36,171 bases of DNA from an uncultured Candidatus Saccharibacteria bacterium (GCA_964477715.1 CAYZEC010000006.1:1-36171); one strand, 5' to 3'. Positions 1 to 9,152 are shown, counted from the first letter of the stretch. Program-made: numbers and translations. The notes: generated by a model not told the origin, from the letters alone.

Positions 1-1043
1 ACTGAGGCATCAGGATCAATCGTCGCCCCACTTGGAGTAACTGTTCCGAAAGTAACATTAGCCAATGTAGCATTGGCAATGCTATGAACCGATCCCGAAA
101 TTGGTAAACCATTAACAGTGGATTCGCTCGAGACAACACTGGTCAGGTTAACCCCAACCGTTTGACCAGCCGTAGCAGGAGCTATGTCAGAAACAACTGA
201 AATAACCTTCGACCCTTCTACATCGAATAATCCAGCAGCAGAGCTAAAGTTAATAGCGCCACCCGTCGTAACAGTAGCGGCATCAGTTAAGCGCTGATAA
301 CCATCAAACAGATAAACATTCGCCAGAGTTGCATCATTAGAAACGCCAATTCTCTGTAAACCGACCTGTGTTACCGTGGCATTACCTTCAAAGTTAAATC
401 GAGCTAATTCCGCAGCTGATTGGCCATTAACAAAAACACCAGATGCAGGATTATCTGAGGATAACGAAACATTTAAGCCAGTAACAACTGGCTCTTCCTC
501 TTCTTCCCATTCTTCCTCTTCTTCCTCATCTTCATCCTCATCCTCCCAAACTGGCTCGGTAGCCGCTAAGAGCATGTCATTTAATTTAGCTCGGGTGGTT
601 GCACCAACAAAACCCGTTCCAACAGTCAAGCCATGAGGAGCTAAAACCTCAGTGGCATATAAATTCTGAAACTTGACTACACCTGCTTCAGTCAAAGGAC
701 CAAAATAACTGGTCTCTTGACCAGGCGAACCAACGCCTGAAGCGGCTAACTGAGTAGCTGGATCGCCATTCAAGACGATCTGAAGATATTTAACATCGTC
801 CCCCGAACTGCCTAATCGCAGATTGGTGGCAAATGTAAATTCAGCCGGAATACCGGTGAAGGCTGGAACAACAGTTGTCTCACCCATGCCAGTCAATTGT
901 GTTTGCAATTGAGTGATTTGAGCGGTTAACTGTGTGATCAATGCCTGCATTTCATCGGCAGTCATGCCGGAGGCAACCGGAGCAGCTAAAGTAGCCACGA
1001 AAGCAAAACTGGTAATCAAGGCAAAAATTCTTTTTCTATTCAT
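1..1043 (-). CDS. S-layer-like secreted protein with peptidoglycan-binding domain (runs off window start; missing from ORF track)
   Basis: ATG at 1043. My translation: MNRKRIFALITSFAFVATLAAPVASG signal peptide, coiled coil QALITQLTAQITQLQTQL, PG-binding motif LRLGSSGDDVKYLQIVLN...YFGPLTEAGVVKFQ, acidic linker, then beta-rich region; open to the window edge. Confidence 0.85.
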   Translation of the reverse strand, partial: MNRKRIFALITSFAFVATLAAPVASGMTADEMQALITQLTAQITQLQTQLTGMGETTVVPAFTGIPAEFTFATNLRLGSSGDDVKYLQIVLNGDPATQLAASGVGSPGQETSYFGPLTEAGVVKFQNLYATEVLAPHGLTVGTGFVGATTRAKLNDMLLAATEPVWEDEDEDEEEEEEWEEEEEPVVTGLNVSLSSDNPASGVFVNGQSAAELARFNFEGNATVTQVGLQRIGVSNDATLANVYLFDGYQRLTDAATVTTGGAINFSSAAGLFDVEGSKVISVVSDIAPATAGQTVGVNLTSVVSSESTVNGLPISGSVHSIANATLANVTFGTVTPSGATIDPDAS

Positions 1044-1166
1044 TTTATTAATTTGCTTTGTGTAATTTAATTTTTTTTATTCCTCTAATCGACCGTTATC
1101 GACCAGTCTAATCTTGTTAAACAAGATAAGACCAACGACTTGCTTTCAAATGAAACAAACCGTCAT

Positions 1167-1814
1167 TTAATTTATCAATTCTATTAAACGCCAAAAGGCG
1201 CTTTCGTAATCTTGTGTCTGATATAATTCTTCTATCTCCGATAAGCCTACCATCTTTTCTTGATTTAATAAACCCCTTTCGGCTTGATCCCGTAAATCAT
1301 TCAGCTCTGTTTCCAAAAAAGCTAATTTAATGTCTTCGCCCGCTTCTTTAATTTCATCGCTTAAAGTAGCCAAGACTTTTTCTCGATCAACTTCTTCAAT
1401 ATTCTGAGTCAAGTCTCGAATATCCTGAATCATTTGTTGAATTTCTAAGGCCTGTTGATTCTTATCAATTCGTTTTTCCCGAGTATCGCTTAATTGATCT
1501 TTTAATCCAACAATCTGATCTTTTAAGCCTGTTAATGGTTCAGCTAAAACAAATAAAGGACTTGTTTCGGCCACCATAACCGGTTCTTCCTCTGAAATTG
1601 TTCCTTGATTAAAGCGAATTAAACCCAACAAACCACCAACCAAAGCCAAACCAACCCCTAGGCCAGTTAAAGCCGGCTGCCAGTGAGCCATAAACCAGCT
1701 AGACTTCAACTCTTCTTGACCCAAAATACTCTCTCGAGTTGAAACAACCCAATCACTCCCAGGCTCAACCTGTTTCAAGGATTTAATCATTTTAATTAAG
1801 TCTCGATCTTCCAT
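1167..1814 (-). CDS. putative membrane anti-sigma factor
   Basis: Directly downstream of the ECF sigma; short N-terminal domain (LKQVEPGSDW), one TM helix, coiled-coil C-terminus. Confidence 0.6.
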   Translation of the reverse strand: MEDRDLIKMIKSLKQVEPGSDWVVSTRESILGQEELKSSWFMAHWQPALTGLGVGLALVGGLLGLIRFNQGTISEEEPVMVAETSPLFVLAEPLTGLKDQIVGLKDQLSDTREKRIDKNQQALEIQQMIQDIRDLTQNIEEVDREKVLATLSDEIKEAGEDIKLAFLETELNDLRDQAERGLLNQEKMVGLSEIEELYQTQDYESAFWRLIELIN

Positions 1815-1823
1815 ACATATAAT

Positions 1824-1851
1824 AAGCCGTTTTCCAGCCCAAAAGGTTACA
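1824..1851 (-). promoter_or_regulatory. putative ECF-type promoter TGTAAC-N16-CGGCTT
   Basis: Resembles the AAC/CG ECF promoter pattern; overlaps the sigma stop codon and lies about 10 nt before the anti-sigma ATG. Confidence 0.5.
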
Positions 1852-2380
1852 CTAAATTATTTGATTTATCCTCTAATTCAGCCTTTAGGGCCTCACGAGC
1901 CCGATGTAAAGCCGTTTTAACTGCTCCAATTGAACGATTTGATTCTTCGGCTATTTCTTCCAAAGAAAGGCCATTCAAATAACGTTGAATAATCAAATCC
2001 TGATAATCAGGTTTAATTCGGCTCATAGCCGATAAAACAATATTTGTTTCTTGACGGCGCGCCTCTGCCTCCGCCGGATCATGCCCTTCATCTGGCAAAT
2101 CATAGTTGCCCAAACGAATTGTCCCCTTTCTCGACTCGATACGATAATAATCAACCACCGCATGACGAGCTAGTTGATAAAGAAAAGCTCTCATGTTTTT
2201 AATCTCTGCCTGTTCATGTTCAGGGTCTAGGCTTTGGCGATAAACAATCCACCCCCGCTCAAAAACTTGAGCCGTTAAATCTTCGGCTGTTTCACGAGAG
2301 CTCACCTTCAATCGAATATATCGATATATCTTGGTGACCTGTGCGCTATAAACTCGACCAAATTTTTTTCGAGGGTCCAT
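1847..2380 (-). CDS. ECF-family RNA polymerase sigma factor
   Basis: Region 2 (AEDLTAQVF...AFLYQLARHAVVDYYR) and region 4 HTH (GLSLEEIAE...IGAVKTALHRAR). Confidence 0.92.
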   Translation of the reverse strand: MDPRKKFGRVYSAQVTKIYRYIRLKVSSRETAEDLTAQVFERGWIVYRQSLDPEHEQAEIKNMRAFLYQLARHAVVDYYRIESRKGTIRLGNYDLPDEGHDPAEAEARRQETNIVLSAMSRIKPDYQDLIIQRYLNGLSLEEIAEESNRSIGAVKTALHRAREALKAELEDKSNNLV

Positions 2381-2383
2381 TTA

Positions 2384-2529
2384 TGTGTCCGTAAATAAAA
2401 TTAATGATTGTGTCCGTAATTTTACACGAGTTGTTAACATTCTCTTTCAAAAACTTTCATCGTGTCCGTAATTATTGAATTGATTAAATTATGTCCGTTT
2501 TGGGGACATAATATATGTCCGTTGTGTCC
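2384..2529. repeat. cluster of TGTCC(GTAA) motifs, candidate operator array
   Basis: GTGTCCGTAA at 2385, 2410 and 2462; ATGTCCGT at 2491 and 2515; inverted GGACAT at 2504; GTGTCC at 2524. Confidence 0.75.
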
Positions 2530-2533
2530 TTAT

Positions 2534-3214
2534 TTATTCAGAAGTTATCCCCAAATTTATTTGATAAAAAGTTCCTGTTCCTCGACCAATCCGATTAATC
2601 TTTTTCTGCTGAACCAATCCTTCTAAATCTCTCCTAAGAGTACGAGCGGTTACTTCGGTTAATTGCTCTTGTATTTGTTTCATTTGAATCCTAGGTTGTT
2701 GGCGAATCATTCTTAATATCTGATCCTGCCTTTCTGAAGAAGCAGTTGATCCATTAAGTTCTTCTGACCGCTTTGACTCTAAATCATAAGTTTTATTTTC
2801 TTTCATCAAAACTGAACGAACCCGAGGCTCTGATGTTTTTTCGACTGCAATCTGTTTTTCGAGCTTAACACTCTCCTCTGTCTTGGAATCATCTTCTTCT
2901 CGCTCAACAATATTACTTAATTGTTCTTCTAGTCGACTATATTCTTGATCCAATAAAATTAAATTAATCTCATTAACCCATTTTTGCCCTTGAGAAACTT
3001 CTATTAAAGAACGCAATGTTTGAATATTTTTTAAATTAGTTTTAGCTGTTTCTAAATCTATGTTCGTTCCATTCGAAAAATGATAAGGAGCTAAGCCGGT
3101 TAAAATTTTTAAAGCCCAATCACGTAGACCAAAACGAAGCGGCTCTTGCTCGGGGAACATTTCTGTCACCCGATAAAGAGCCGAAGTTAATTTAGTAAAA
3201 TCTCTTTGGTCCAT
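2534..3214 (-). CDS. transcriptional regulator with helical-bundle N-terminus and C-terminal DeoR-type winged HTH
   Basis: C-terminal RQDQILRMI...VTARTLRRDLEGLVQQKKINRIGRGTGTFY; N-terminal ALYRVTEMFPEQEPLRFGLR resembles four-helix-bundle proteins. Confidence 0.8.
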   Translation of the reverse strand: MDQRDFTKLTSALYRVTEMFPEQEPLRFGLRDWALKILTGLAPYHFSNGTNIDLETAKTNLKNIQTLRSLIEVSQGQKWVNEINLILLDQEYSRLEEQLSNIVEREEDDSKTEESVKLEKQIAVEKTSEPRVRSVLMKENKTYDLESKRSEELNGSTASSERQDQILRMIRQQPRIQMKQIQEQLTEVTARTLRRDLEGLVQQKKINRIGRGTGTFYQINLGITSE

Positions 3215-3319
3215 ATTTGATTAAACGGTCAATGGGTCATGACCGTAGATTTAATATAACAAAAAAAACATCTTTTGGCAATTCACGTAAGAGAATGCCC
3301 GCGGGCCCCAGCACAATCT

Positions 3320-3558
3320 TCAGCCTCGATCGACGTGATCAGCGAAGAACTTGCCCACCAGAGATCCCAGGTAGACCGCTAGGATCATTAAGATGATCAG
3401 CACGATCTTATCCATGGCTATGACCAGGACGAGCAAGTAGCTATCGCGATTGCTCCCATTGGGATCATGATTGACAACCAAGCAGCCAATCCCACCAATA
3501 AGATGAACAATGTCATCTCCCAACCAATTCTGTTCGCCAAGAAAACAATCCTATTCAT
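3320..3558 (-). pseudogene. small multi-TM protein, frameshifted (or two peptides, 3418-3558 and 3320-3415)
   Basis: SD GGGAGG, then ATG at 3558 (MNRIVFLANRIGWEMTLFILLVGLAAWLSIMIPMGAIAIA). The hydrophobic sequence continues in another frame (YLLVLVIAMDKIVLIILMILAVYLG) to the stop at 3320. Confidence 0.5.
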
Positions 3559-3689
3559 CGTCGACACCTCCCTTTTTCAAAACAATCAGATGATCTCATA
3601 AAGAAAAAGTTCCGTCAATCAATGATGCATATCATCCATATTGACAAAACAGAATCTCGTGATTAGATAAGAGGAAAGGAGGTGGCCTC

Positions 3690-3821
3690 ATGTGGATTGC
3701 AGTACTCGGAATATTGATCATGACCGTGGCCACAGTTGCCTATATGACTTGGGTTGAAAGAATATTGATAGCCATCGCGTGGCTTATAGTGCTAATATTC
3801 TGGTGGAGACGAAAGTCGTAG
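3690..3821 (+). CDS. 43-aa two-TM micro-protein
   Basis: TTGACA at 3641, SD AAAGGAGGT, MWIAVLGILIMTVATVAYMTWVERILIAIAWLIVLIFWWRRKS, hairpin at 3833-3857. Confidence 0.7.
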   Translation: MWIAVLGILIMTVATVAYMTWVERILIAIAWLIVLIFWWRRKS

Positions 3822-3832
3822 TCATGGCCCTT

Positions 3833-3866
3833 GCCCGCAGAGATGTTTTCTGCGGGCCTTCTATTT
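3833..3866 (+). terminator. intrinsic terminator
   Basis: GCCCGCAGA/TCTGCGGGC stem followed by a T-rich tail. Confidence 0.6.
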
Positions 3867-3907
3867 AAATTGTTTTTTCTAAGAAATTATAGTAATCTAG
3901 ATAGATA

Positions 3908-3979
3908 GTCCTCGTAGCTCAACGGACAGAGCACCGGCCTGCGGAGCCGGAAATGCAGGTTCGATTCCTGCCGAGGACG
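3908..3979 (+). tRNA. tRNA-Arg(GCG), CCA not encoded
   Basis: Acceptor GTCCTCG/CGAGGAC, D arm GCTC/GAGC, anticodon arm CCGGC-CTGCGGA-GCCGG, T arm GCAGG-TTCGATT-CCTGC. Confidence 0.95.
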
Positions 3980-4090
3980 CATTTTTATATCTTCGTCATT
4001 CCTGATTCCCACCTTAGTACTATGTGCTATAATAGAAATCTGTTTCCGAACAAAATCAAATCCAGGCCAAAAGCTTGAAAGGAGGAAAGC

Positions 4091-4327
4091 ATGAAGCGCT
4101 CTTTCTGGGTGTGGGTTAAAAAACCAAGAAGAGTCACCATCGTATCTGCTTCAGGAGATTATCCGGGACAAGCAGAGATAAAAGGAGTCTGGAATGAAAA
4201 GTGGAAAACAATGAAAGCAATCTATGATGCCGTTGAAAGGCGGTTCCGCAAAAAGGGGGTGAGATGCAAGTGGTTCCAATACCATTCGCATCGTGGGACA
4301 ATCGTTGTTTCCTTCAAAGAGGATTAG
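4091..4327 (+). CDS. small basic hypothetical protein
   Basis: Extended -10 TGCTATAAT near 4026, SD AAAGGAGG, terminator at 4335-4369. Confidence 0.7.
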   Translation: MKRSFWVWVKKPRRVTIVSASGDYPGQAEIKGVWNEKWKTMKAIYDAVERRFRKKGVRCKWFQYHSHRGTIVVSFKED

Positions 4328-4334
4328 TCGTGTA

Positions 4335-4369
4335 GCCGGAAGCTCTAATTAGCGAGCTTCCGGCCTTTT
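4335..4369 (+). terminator. intrinsic terminator
   Basis: GCCGGAAGCTC/GAGCTTCCGGC stem followed by TTTT. Confidence 0.7.
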
Positions 4370-4468
4370 ATATTAAAAAAATGACGCCGAACACAATCGT
4401 CCGGCGCCGCCCCAAGAGCCAGGCCAACAACCTGCATCACACGAAGTTTGATTTAACCTACCGCCCCT

Positions 4469-4564
4469 TCAGTCTTTTCTTAGGATCCCCAAAAGGATCA
4501 ATAGAATGACCATCACGACGATCAATCCACAGACAACCAACGCTGGATTATTGAATAGTCCCAT
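4469..4564 (-). CDS. 31-aa single-TM micro-protein
   Basis: MGLFNNPALVVCGLIVVMVILLILLGILRKD; start overlaps the upstream stop (TGATG coupling). Confidence 0.6.
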   Translation of the reverse strand: MGLFNNPALVVCGLIVVMVILLILLGILRKD

Positions 4565-4674
4565 CACCCCATCCTCTTCTCAGGAAGACGAAAACGTTTC
4601 TTTCCCGTAAAGATACCGAGCGCCAGCACGATAAGGCCGAAAATCGGCATTATCACCCAGAATGAAGGATCCAT
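4564..4674 (-). CDS. 36-aa single-TM micro-protein
   Basis: TTGACA-N16-CATAAT (4738-4711), SD GGGGTGAGG, MDPSFWVIMPIFGLIVLALGIFTGKKRFRLPEKRMG. Confidence 0.65.
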   Translation of the reverse strand: MDPSFWVIMPIFGLIVLALGIFTGKKRFRLPEKRMG

Positions 4675-4831
4675 TACCTCACCCCCCTTTGGCTAATAAG
4701 ATCTAAATCTATTATGTCATCAAAATAACTCTTGTCAATCTTGGAGTAATCTTTGATTAATATCGATTCTTTAATTAACACGCTCTTGATTTGAGGATAT
4801 AAATAAACAGAGCACCAAATAAGGAGGAAGC

Positions 4832-5104
4832 ATGGAGTTCTACTTCAGAGGAAGAATAGTCACAATAATCCCACTGAAAGATCGAGGGCTTCCCAAAAGA
4901 GAAGCACATATTCCGTCCATTTGGCAATATCTCGGAGAAATACCAATCATGGATTTGATGATTTCAGCCGAGAGACATCTTCGGGATATGGGGAAGGAGG
5001 GCGTTTGCGCACATTGCAAGACTAAGAGAGATTTCCTGTCTCGTTTCGACCCAGATTACGATAGCAATGTTTGCATCACCTACTACGAACCAAGTCATAC
5101 CTAA
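4832..5104 (+). CDS. small hypothetical protein (CxxC)
   Basis: SD AAGGAGG; hairpin at 5122-5151 downstream. Confidence 0.7.
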   Translation: MEFYFRGRIVTIIPLKDRGLPKREAHIPSIWQYLGEIPIMDLMISAERHLRDMGKEGVCAHCKTKRDFLSRFDPDYDSNVCITYYEPSHT

Positions 5105-5231
5105 CACGAGTCGCGTTAAGTTAAACCGGTGGCGAAGTCGCTACCGGTTTATTCTTTTAAATTAAAATATAGCAAAACAAGGGACAATCCTTTAAATTGC
5201 CCCTAAATTAAGCCTATTTGAGTAAAACAAA

Positions 5232-6491
5232 TCAGGAAGGATCGCTAACCCGACCAATGAATAAAATACTTCCTGTTTCTTGATGTTCGATCATAAAAAC
5301 GAAGGGTCTATCAGCCTGAAAAACAGGCACCACCATTGATGCTATTTCTTCCATAATCACTGCCGTAGCGGCTGCGGCTTCTGTCCCTTCTTCATTGACT
5401 TCAACAAAAGCTTGATGGATAACATGGCTAATATAGAGATCTTTCTCTCCTGTCATGCCTGAAAAATCAGCTAAAGCTGAAAAAGCTAACGGCATTCCCA
5501 TTTGAGCTAAATCATCTTCCATGAAATATTTTGTTTCAACCTTAAAGCGAGGCAAGAATAGATCAATATCTTGCAATTCTAACGCTGAACGATATTCATC
5601 CAACTTATCTAAAGTTAAAGATTCTTCTAATTCATTTAATTGACCTAACCCGGGCAATAAAACTAACATTCTTAAGTCTTCTCCCTGATAAGGGAGCGAA
5701 AGGATTTGAACGTCGTCTATCTCCCCATAATTCACCTCTGCTTCGAATCGACTCATCATCGGCACCGACACTGATTCTTCTTCGTCTATATAAAAATCTT
5801 GATCTGTTGTTCGATCAGGATCAAATTGTTCCAGCCAATCTCCTTTAAAGTAGATGGCGTTGGTTAAAACCAACCTAGTGTCGGGGTCGATAAATCCAGT
5901 CGGAATCAAATCCTTAATCTTTTCTTGCGTCTGCCCTTCAACCCAATTGTTAATAGTCAAACGCGATTCTTCGGCCTGCGTTCTGAAATCAAGCAAACTT
6001 ACTTTACCTCGATAATATTTTTCAATCGTTCCAAAATATTCTTCCAGGAAATGATAATCCTGTTCCGGCCATAAAGCATTGGCTGTTTTTAAGATATATT
6101 TTGATTGAGGCTGATTAAAGGCATTGTAAAGCCCAGCGAATCCCGGAAGCCTAACCTCTTCACTCGGAAAATGGAATACTTGTTGCATTTCTTCGGCCGT
6201 CTCTTCTCGGGCTCCTTCATAGGTCATAGCCAAAGCAGTTACAATGCTATAAGGAGAGAAAAATATATTTTCTCCTTCATTAGCTGAATATCGCTGATAA
6301 AGATCGAGCGCAAATTGATTATTCCCCTGAACTACCTCTTGAACGTTTTTAGAATCTATCTCAACATCCGTAATTAAATTATTTTCTGGAACAGATGGAG
6401 CTTTTTGCCAAGTTCCTAAAATTAAAACAAACAGAACCGTTAATAGAGCAACTAGAATAACAATAATCAAAGCCTTTCCCTTTATTTTCAT
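5232..6491 (-). CDS. serpin (serine protease inhibitor), N-terminally anchored
   Basis: NIFFSPYSI, LVLTNAIYFKGDW, hinge EEGTEAAAATAV, FQADRPFVFMI. Confidence 0.97.
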   Translation of the reverse strand: MKIKGKALIIVILVALLTVLFVLILGTWQKAPSVPENNLITDVEIDSKNVQEVVQGNNQFALDLYQRYSANEGENIFFSPYSIVTALAMTYEGAREETAEEMQQVFHFPSEEVRLPGFAGLYNAFNQPQSKYILKTANALWPEQDYHFLEEYFGTIEKYYRGKVSLLDFRTQAEESRLTINNWVEGQTQEKIKDLIPTGFIDPDTRLVLTNAIYFKGDWLEQFDPDRTTDQDFYIDEEESVSVPMMSRFEAEVNYGEIDDVQILSLPYQGEDLRMLVLLPGLGQLNELEESLTLDKLDEYRSALELQDIDLFLPRFKVETKYFMEDDLAQMGMPLAFSALADFSGMTGEKDLYISHVIHQAFVEVNEEGTEAAAATAVIMEEIASMVVPVFQADRPFVFMIEHQETGSILFIGRVSDPS

Positions 6492-6609
6492 AAATTAAAA
6501 TATTAATTAATATCAATATATTAACTGATTATCTATTCTTTGTAAATCTATTATATCTCTATTGACAGAATAGGGATATATGTTAATATTTAGATATAGG
6601 AGGTAGCAC

Positions 6610-6909
6610 ATGAAAGAAGTCATATTCGCTGCGGGTCTGGGGATAGCCTCTCTTGGAGCGCTATCCTACCAGGCCGAAGCCGGCACATGGCTGATGGTAG
6701 CCATAGCCGTCTTCAATATCGGCTTCGCCCTCGTCGCTCGGCGACAGGGACGAGAAAGAAAGGCTATCATGATCATCGCGATCATATTAGCTCTCCTCGC
6801 CAGCACAACGGCGGCCTTCGTCACACCTAGTGGCACGATGTGGTTGTTCCTGCTTATAGGAGCAACTGACGTCGCCATGATATGGCGCTGGCGATGGAGT
6901 ACCATCTAG
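6610..6909 (+). CDS. small 4-TM membrane protein
   Basis: TTGACA-N16-TAATAT (6562-6589), SD AGGAGG, hairpin at about 6913-6955. Confidence 0.7.
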   Translation: MKEVIFAAGLGIASLGALSYQAEAGTWLMVAIAVFNIGFALVARRQGRERKAIMIIAIILALLASTTAAFVTPSGTMWLFLLIGATDVAMIWRWRWSTI

Positions 6910-6985
6910 TATCCCCCCATTGAGCACAAGGGTTTGTAACGCTCAACTGGGGGGAGTCTTTTTATTAAAATGCTATAATAAAAAC

Positions 6986-9052
6986 ATGGATTTGAATCTC
7001 GAAACAAAAACCGAAGATTTGCCTCGAATTGGTGTTGGCTATAGTCGTCGCCTGGCTGAAATAAACATTAAAACAGCTGAAGATCTTTTAAGGCATTTCC
7101 CTCATCGTTATGAGGATTTTTCAGATTTGAAAACGATTGACCAGGTTAAGGCTAATGAAAAAGTCTGTCTTCAAGGAGAAATTATCGAAATTAAAAATAC
7201 TTTTACTTATCGACGTCGCCTAATAATTACTGAAGCCTTTTTGCAAGACCAAACTGGCCAGATAAAGGCTGTTTGGTTTAATCAACCTTATTTGGCTGAT
7301 CAACTCAAAGATCAAATTGTTATTTTAGCTGGAAAAACCACTGAAAAGAAAGGAGAAATATATTTAAGCAACCCCACGGCTGAAAAATTCAACGACTCCC
7401 CGACTCATGCTGGTCGGATTGTTCCTGTTTATTCCGAGACAAAAGGGATCACTTCTCGCTGGTTAAGATATATCATTAAGCCATTGTTGGACCAATTAAA
7501 AGACAATATTGACGATCCGTTGCCTTCAGATATTAAAAAAAAGAACAAATTAATTGACCTATCTAAAGCCTTTCGGCAAATTCATTTTCCTGAAAACATG
7601 TCTGAAGCTGATGAGGCTCGCCAAAGATTGGCTTTTGAGGAACTCTTTTACATTCAGCTCAAGACTCTTCGAGCTAAGGCTACCATTAAGAAACAGATTT
7701 CATGGAAAGTTCCCGTTGAATTATCGGTTATTCAATCATTTGTTAAATCTCTCCCTTTCCAATTAACTCCTGGGCAAAAAATTGCCATTTGGCGAATTTT
7801 AAAAGACATGGATCAAGATCAACCCATGTCTCGACTACTTGAGGGCGATGTTGGTTCTGGAAAAACAGCTGTCATGATGGTTCCTGCCCTGAATGTAGCC
7901 ACTTTCGGTGGGCAAACTGCTTTGATGGCGCCAACTTCTGTTTTGGCCCGACAACATTTTGATAATCTGAAACAAATATTCAAAGATTTTCCGATTAAAA
8001 TTGGACTACTAACCGGAGAAACTTGTTACATCGGAAATAGGAAGTCTTCTTCTGAAGCGACAATCAGGCAATTAAAAGATGGAAAAATTGACTTAATCGT
8101 TGGAACTCATGCTCTTATCCAAGAAAGAGTTAAATTCAATAAACTGGTTTTCGTGGTCATTGATGAACAACATCGTTTTGGCATTCGACAAAGAGCCAGA
8201 TTGATGAAACCAGAGCAAAAAGAAAGGCCTCATTTATTATCAATGACTGCCACACCTATTCCCCGTACCCTCGCTTTAACTGTTTATGGAGACCTAGATC
8301 TTTCTTTGCTTAAAGAAAAACCAAATGGACGGAAAGAAATCATCACTCAGGTGATCAAACCTTCTCAACGTCGAGGCGCTTATCGTCTCTTGCGACAAGA
8401 AATTAAAAAAGGTCGCCAGGCTTTTGTTGTTTGCCCTCGGATTGAATCCGGATCAGAAGAAGAGCAAATTAAAACTGTTGCTAACCAATATCAAAAATTA
8501 TCAGAAGATATTTTCCCCGATTTGAAGGTTGCCCGCCTTCATGGAGGGATGAAAGCTCCGGAAAAAGAAAGGGTTCTTCGGAAATTACAAAAGAATTTAA
8601 TCAATATTCTTGTCACTACCTCAGTTATTGAAGTTGGCATTGATATCCCAAATGCCACCGTCATGATTATTGAAGGAGCAGAAAGGTTCGGTCTAGCACA
8701 ACTTCACCAAATGAGAGGGCGCATCGGTCGCTCTAACCATGAATCTTATTGCCTTCTTTTCACCAGCTCGCCTGAAATTGAAAACACTCGTCGATTATCT
8801 GCCCTAGTTAAATGCCATGATGGATTTAAATTAGCCGAAAAGGATTTAGCTATTCGTGGGCCAGGATCTTTGACTGGCCAAAATCAATGGGGCATTCCTA
8901 ACTTAGTAATGGCTAATATCGGAGACTTACCGCTAATCGAAAAAACAAGACAAGCCGCTAAAGATCTACTAGAAGAAGATCCCGAACTAAGAAAACATCC
9001 CGGATTGCTAAATAAAATAAAAGATCTAGAGACAAACGTACATTTTGAATGA
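6986..9052 (+). CDS. recG: ATP-dependent DNA helicase RecG
   Basis: RLLEGDVGSGKT, DEQHRFG, MTATPIPRTL, QLHQMRGRIGR, DLAIRGPG. Start moved to ATG 6986 because the ORF-track start at 6920 lies inside a terminator hairpin. Confidence 0.97.
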   Translation: MDLNLETKTEDLPRIGVGYSRRLAEINIKTAEDLLRHFPHRYEDFSDLKTIDQVKANEKVCLQGEIIEIKNTFTYRRRLIITEAFLQDQTGQIKAVWFNQPYLADQLKDQIVILAGKTTEKKGEIYLSNPTAEKFNDSPTHAGRIVPVYSETKGITSRWLRYIIKPLLDQLKDNIDDPLPSDIKKKNKLIDLSKAFRQIHFPENMSEADEARQRLAFEELFYIQLKTLRAKATIKKQISWKVPVELSVIQSFVKSLPFQLTPGQKIAIWRILKDMDQDQPMSRLLEGDVGSGKTAVMMVPALNVATFGGQTALMAPTSVLARQHFDNLKQIFKDFPIKIGLLTGETCYIGNRKSSSEATIRQLKDGKIDLIVGTHALIQERVKFNKLVFVVIDEQHRFGIRQRARLMKPEQKERPHLLSMTATPIPRTLALTVYGDLDLSLLKEKPNGRKEIITQVIKPSQRRGAYRLLRQEIKKGRQAFVVCPRIESGSEEEQIKTVANQYQKLSEDIFPDLKVARLHGGMKAPEKERVLRKLQKNLINILVTTSVIEVGIDIPNATVMIIEGAERFGLAQLHQMRGRIGRSNHESYCLLFTSSPEIENTRRLSALVKCHDGFKLAEKDLAIRGPGSLTGQNQWGIPNLVMANIGDLPLIEKTRQAAKDLLEEDPELRKHPGLLNKIKDLETNVHFE

Positions 9053-9100
9053 TGTTCGAGGCTTTTTGAAGCCGGAAAAGATCATCATTCAAGAAAAGCA

Positions 9101-9130
9101 AAACCCCTCTTAAAAAGAAAGAGGGGTTTT
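9101..9130. terminator. bidirectional terminator
   Basis: AAACCCCTCT/AGAGGGGTTT between convergent genes. Confidence 0.65.
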
Positions 9131-9152
9131 ATCATTCACAACTTAAAAATCA

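Noticed and set aside
376-636. Ser-rich + strand ORF / TCT-TCC repeat
   Set aside because: Antisense shadow of the Glu/Asp linker in the S-layer-like gene.
2384-2529. Replication origin (DnaA boxes) or parS
   Set aside because: The motif matches neither TTATCCACA nor TGTTTCACGTGAAACA, and there are no dnaA or par genes nearby.
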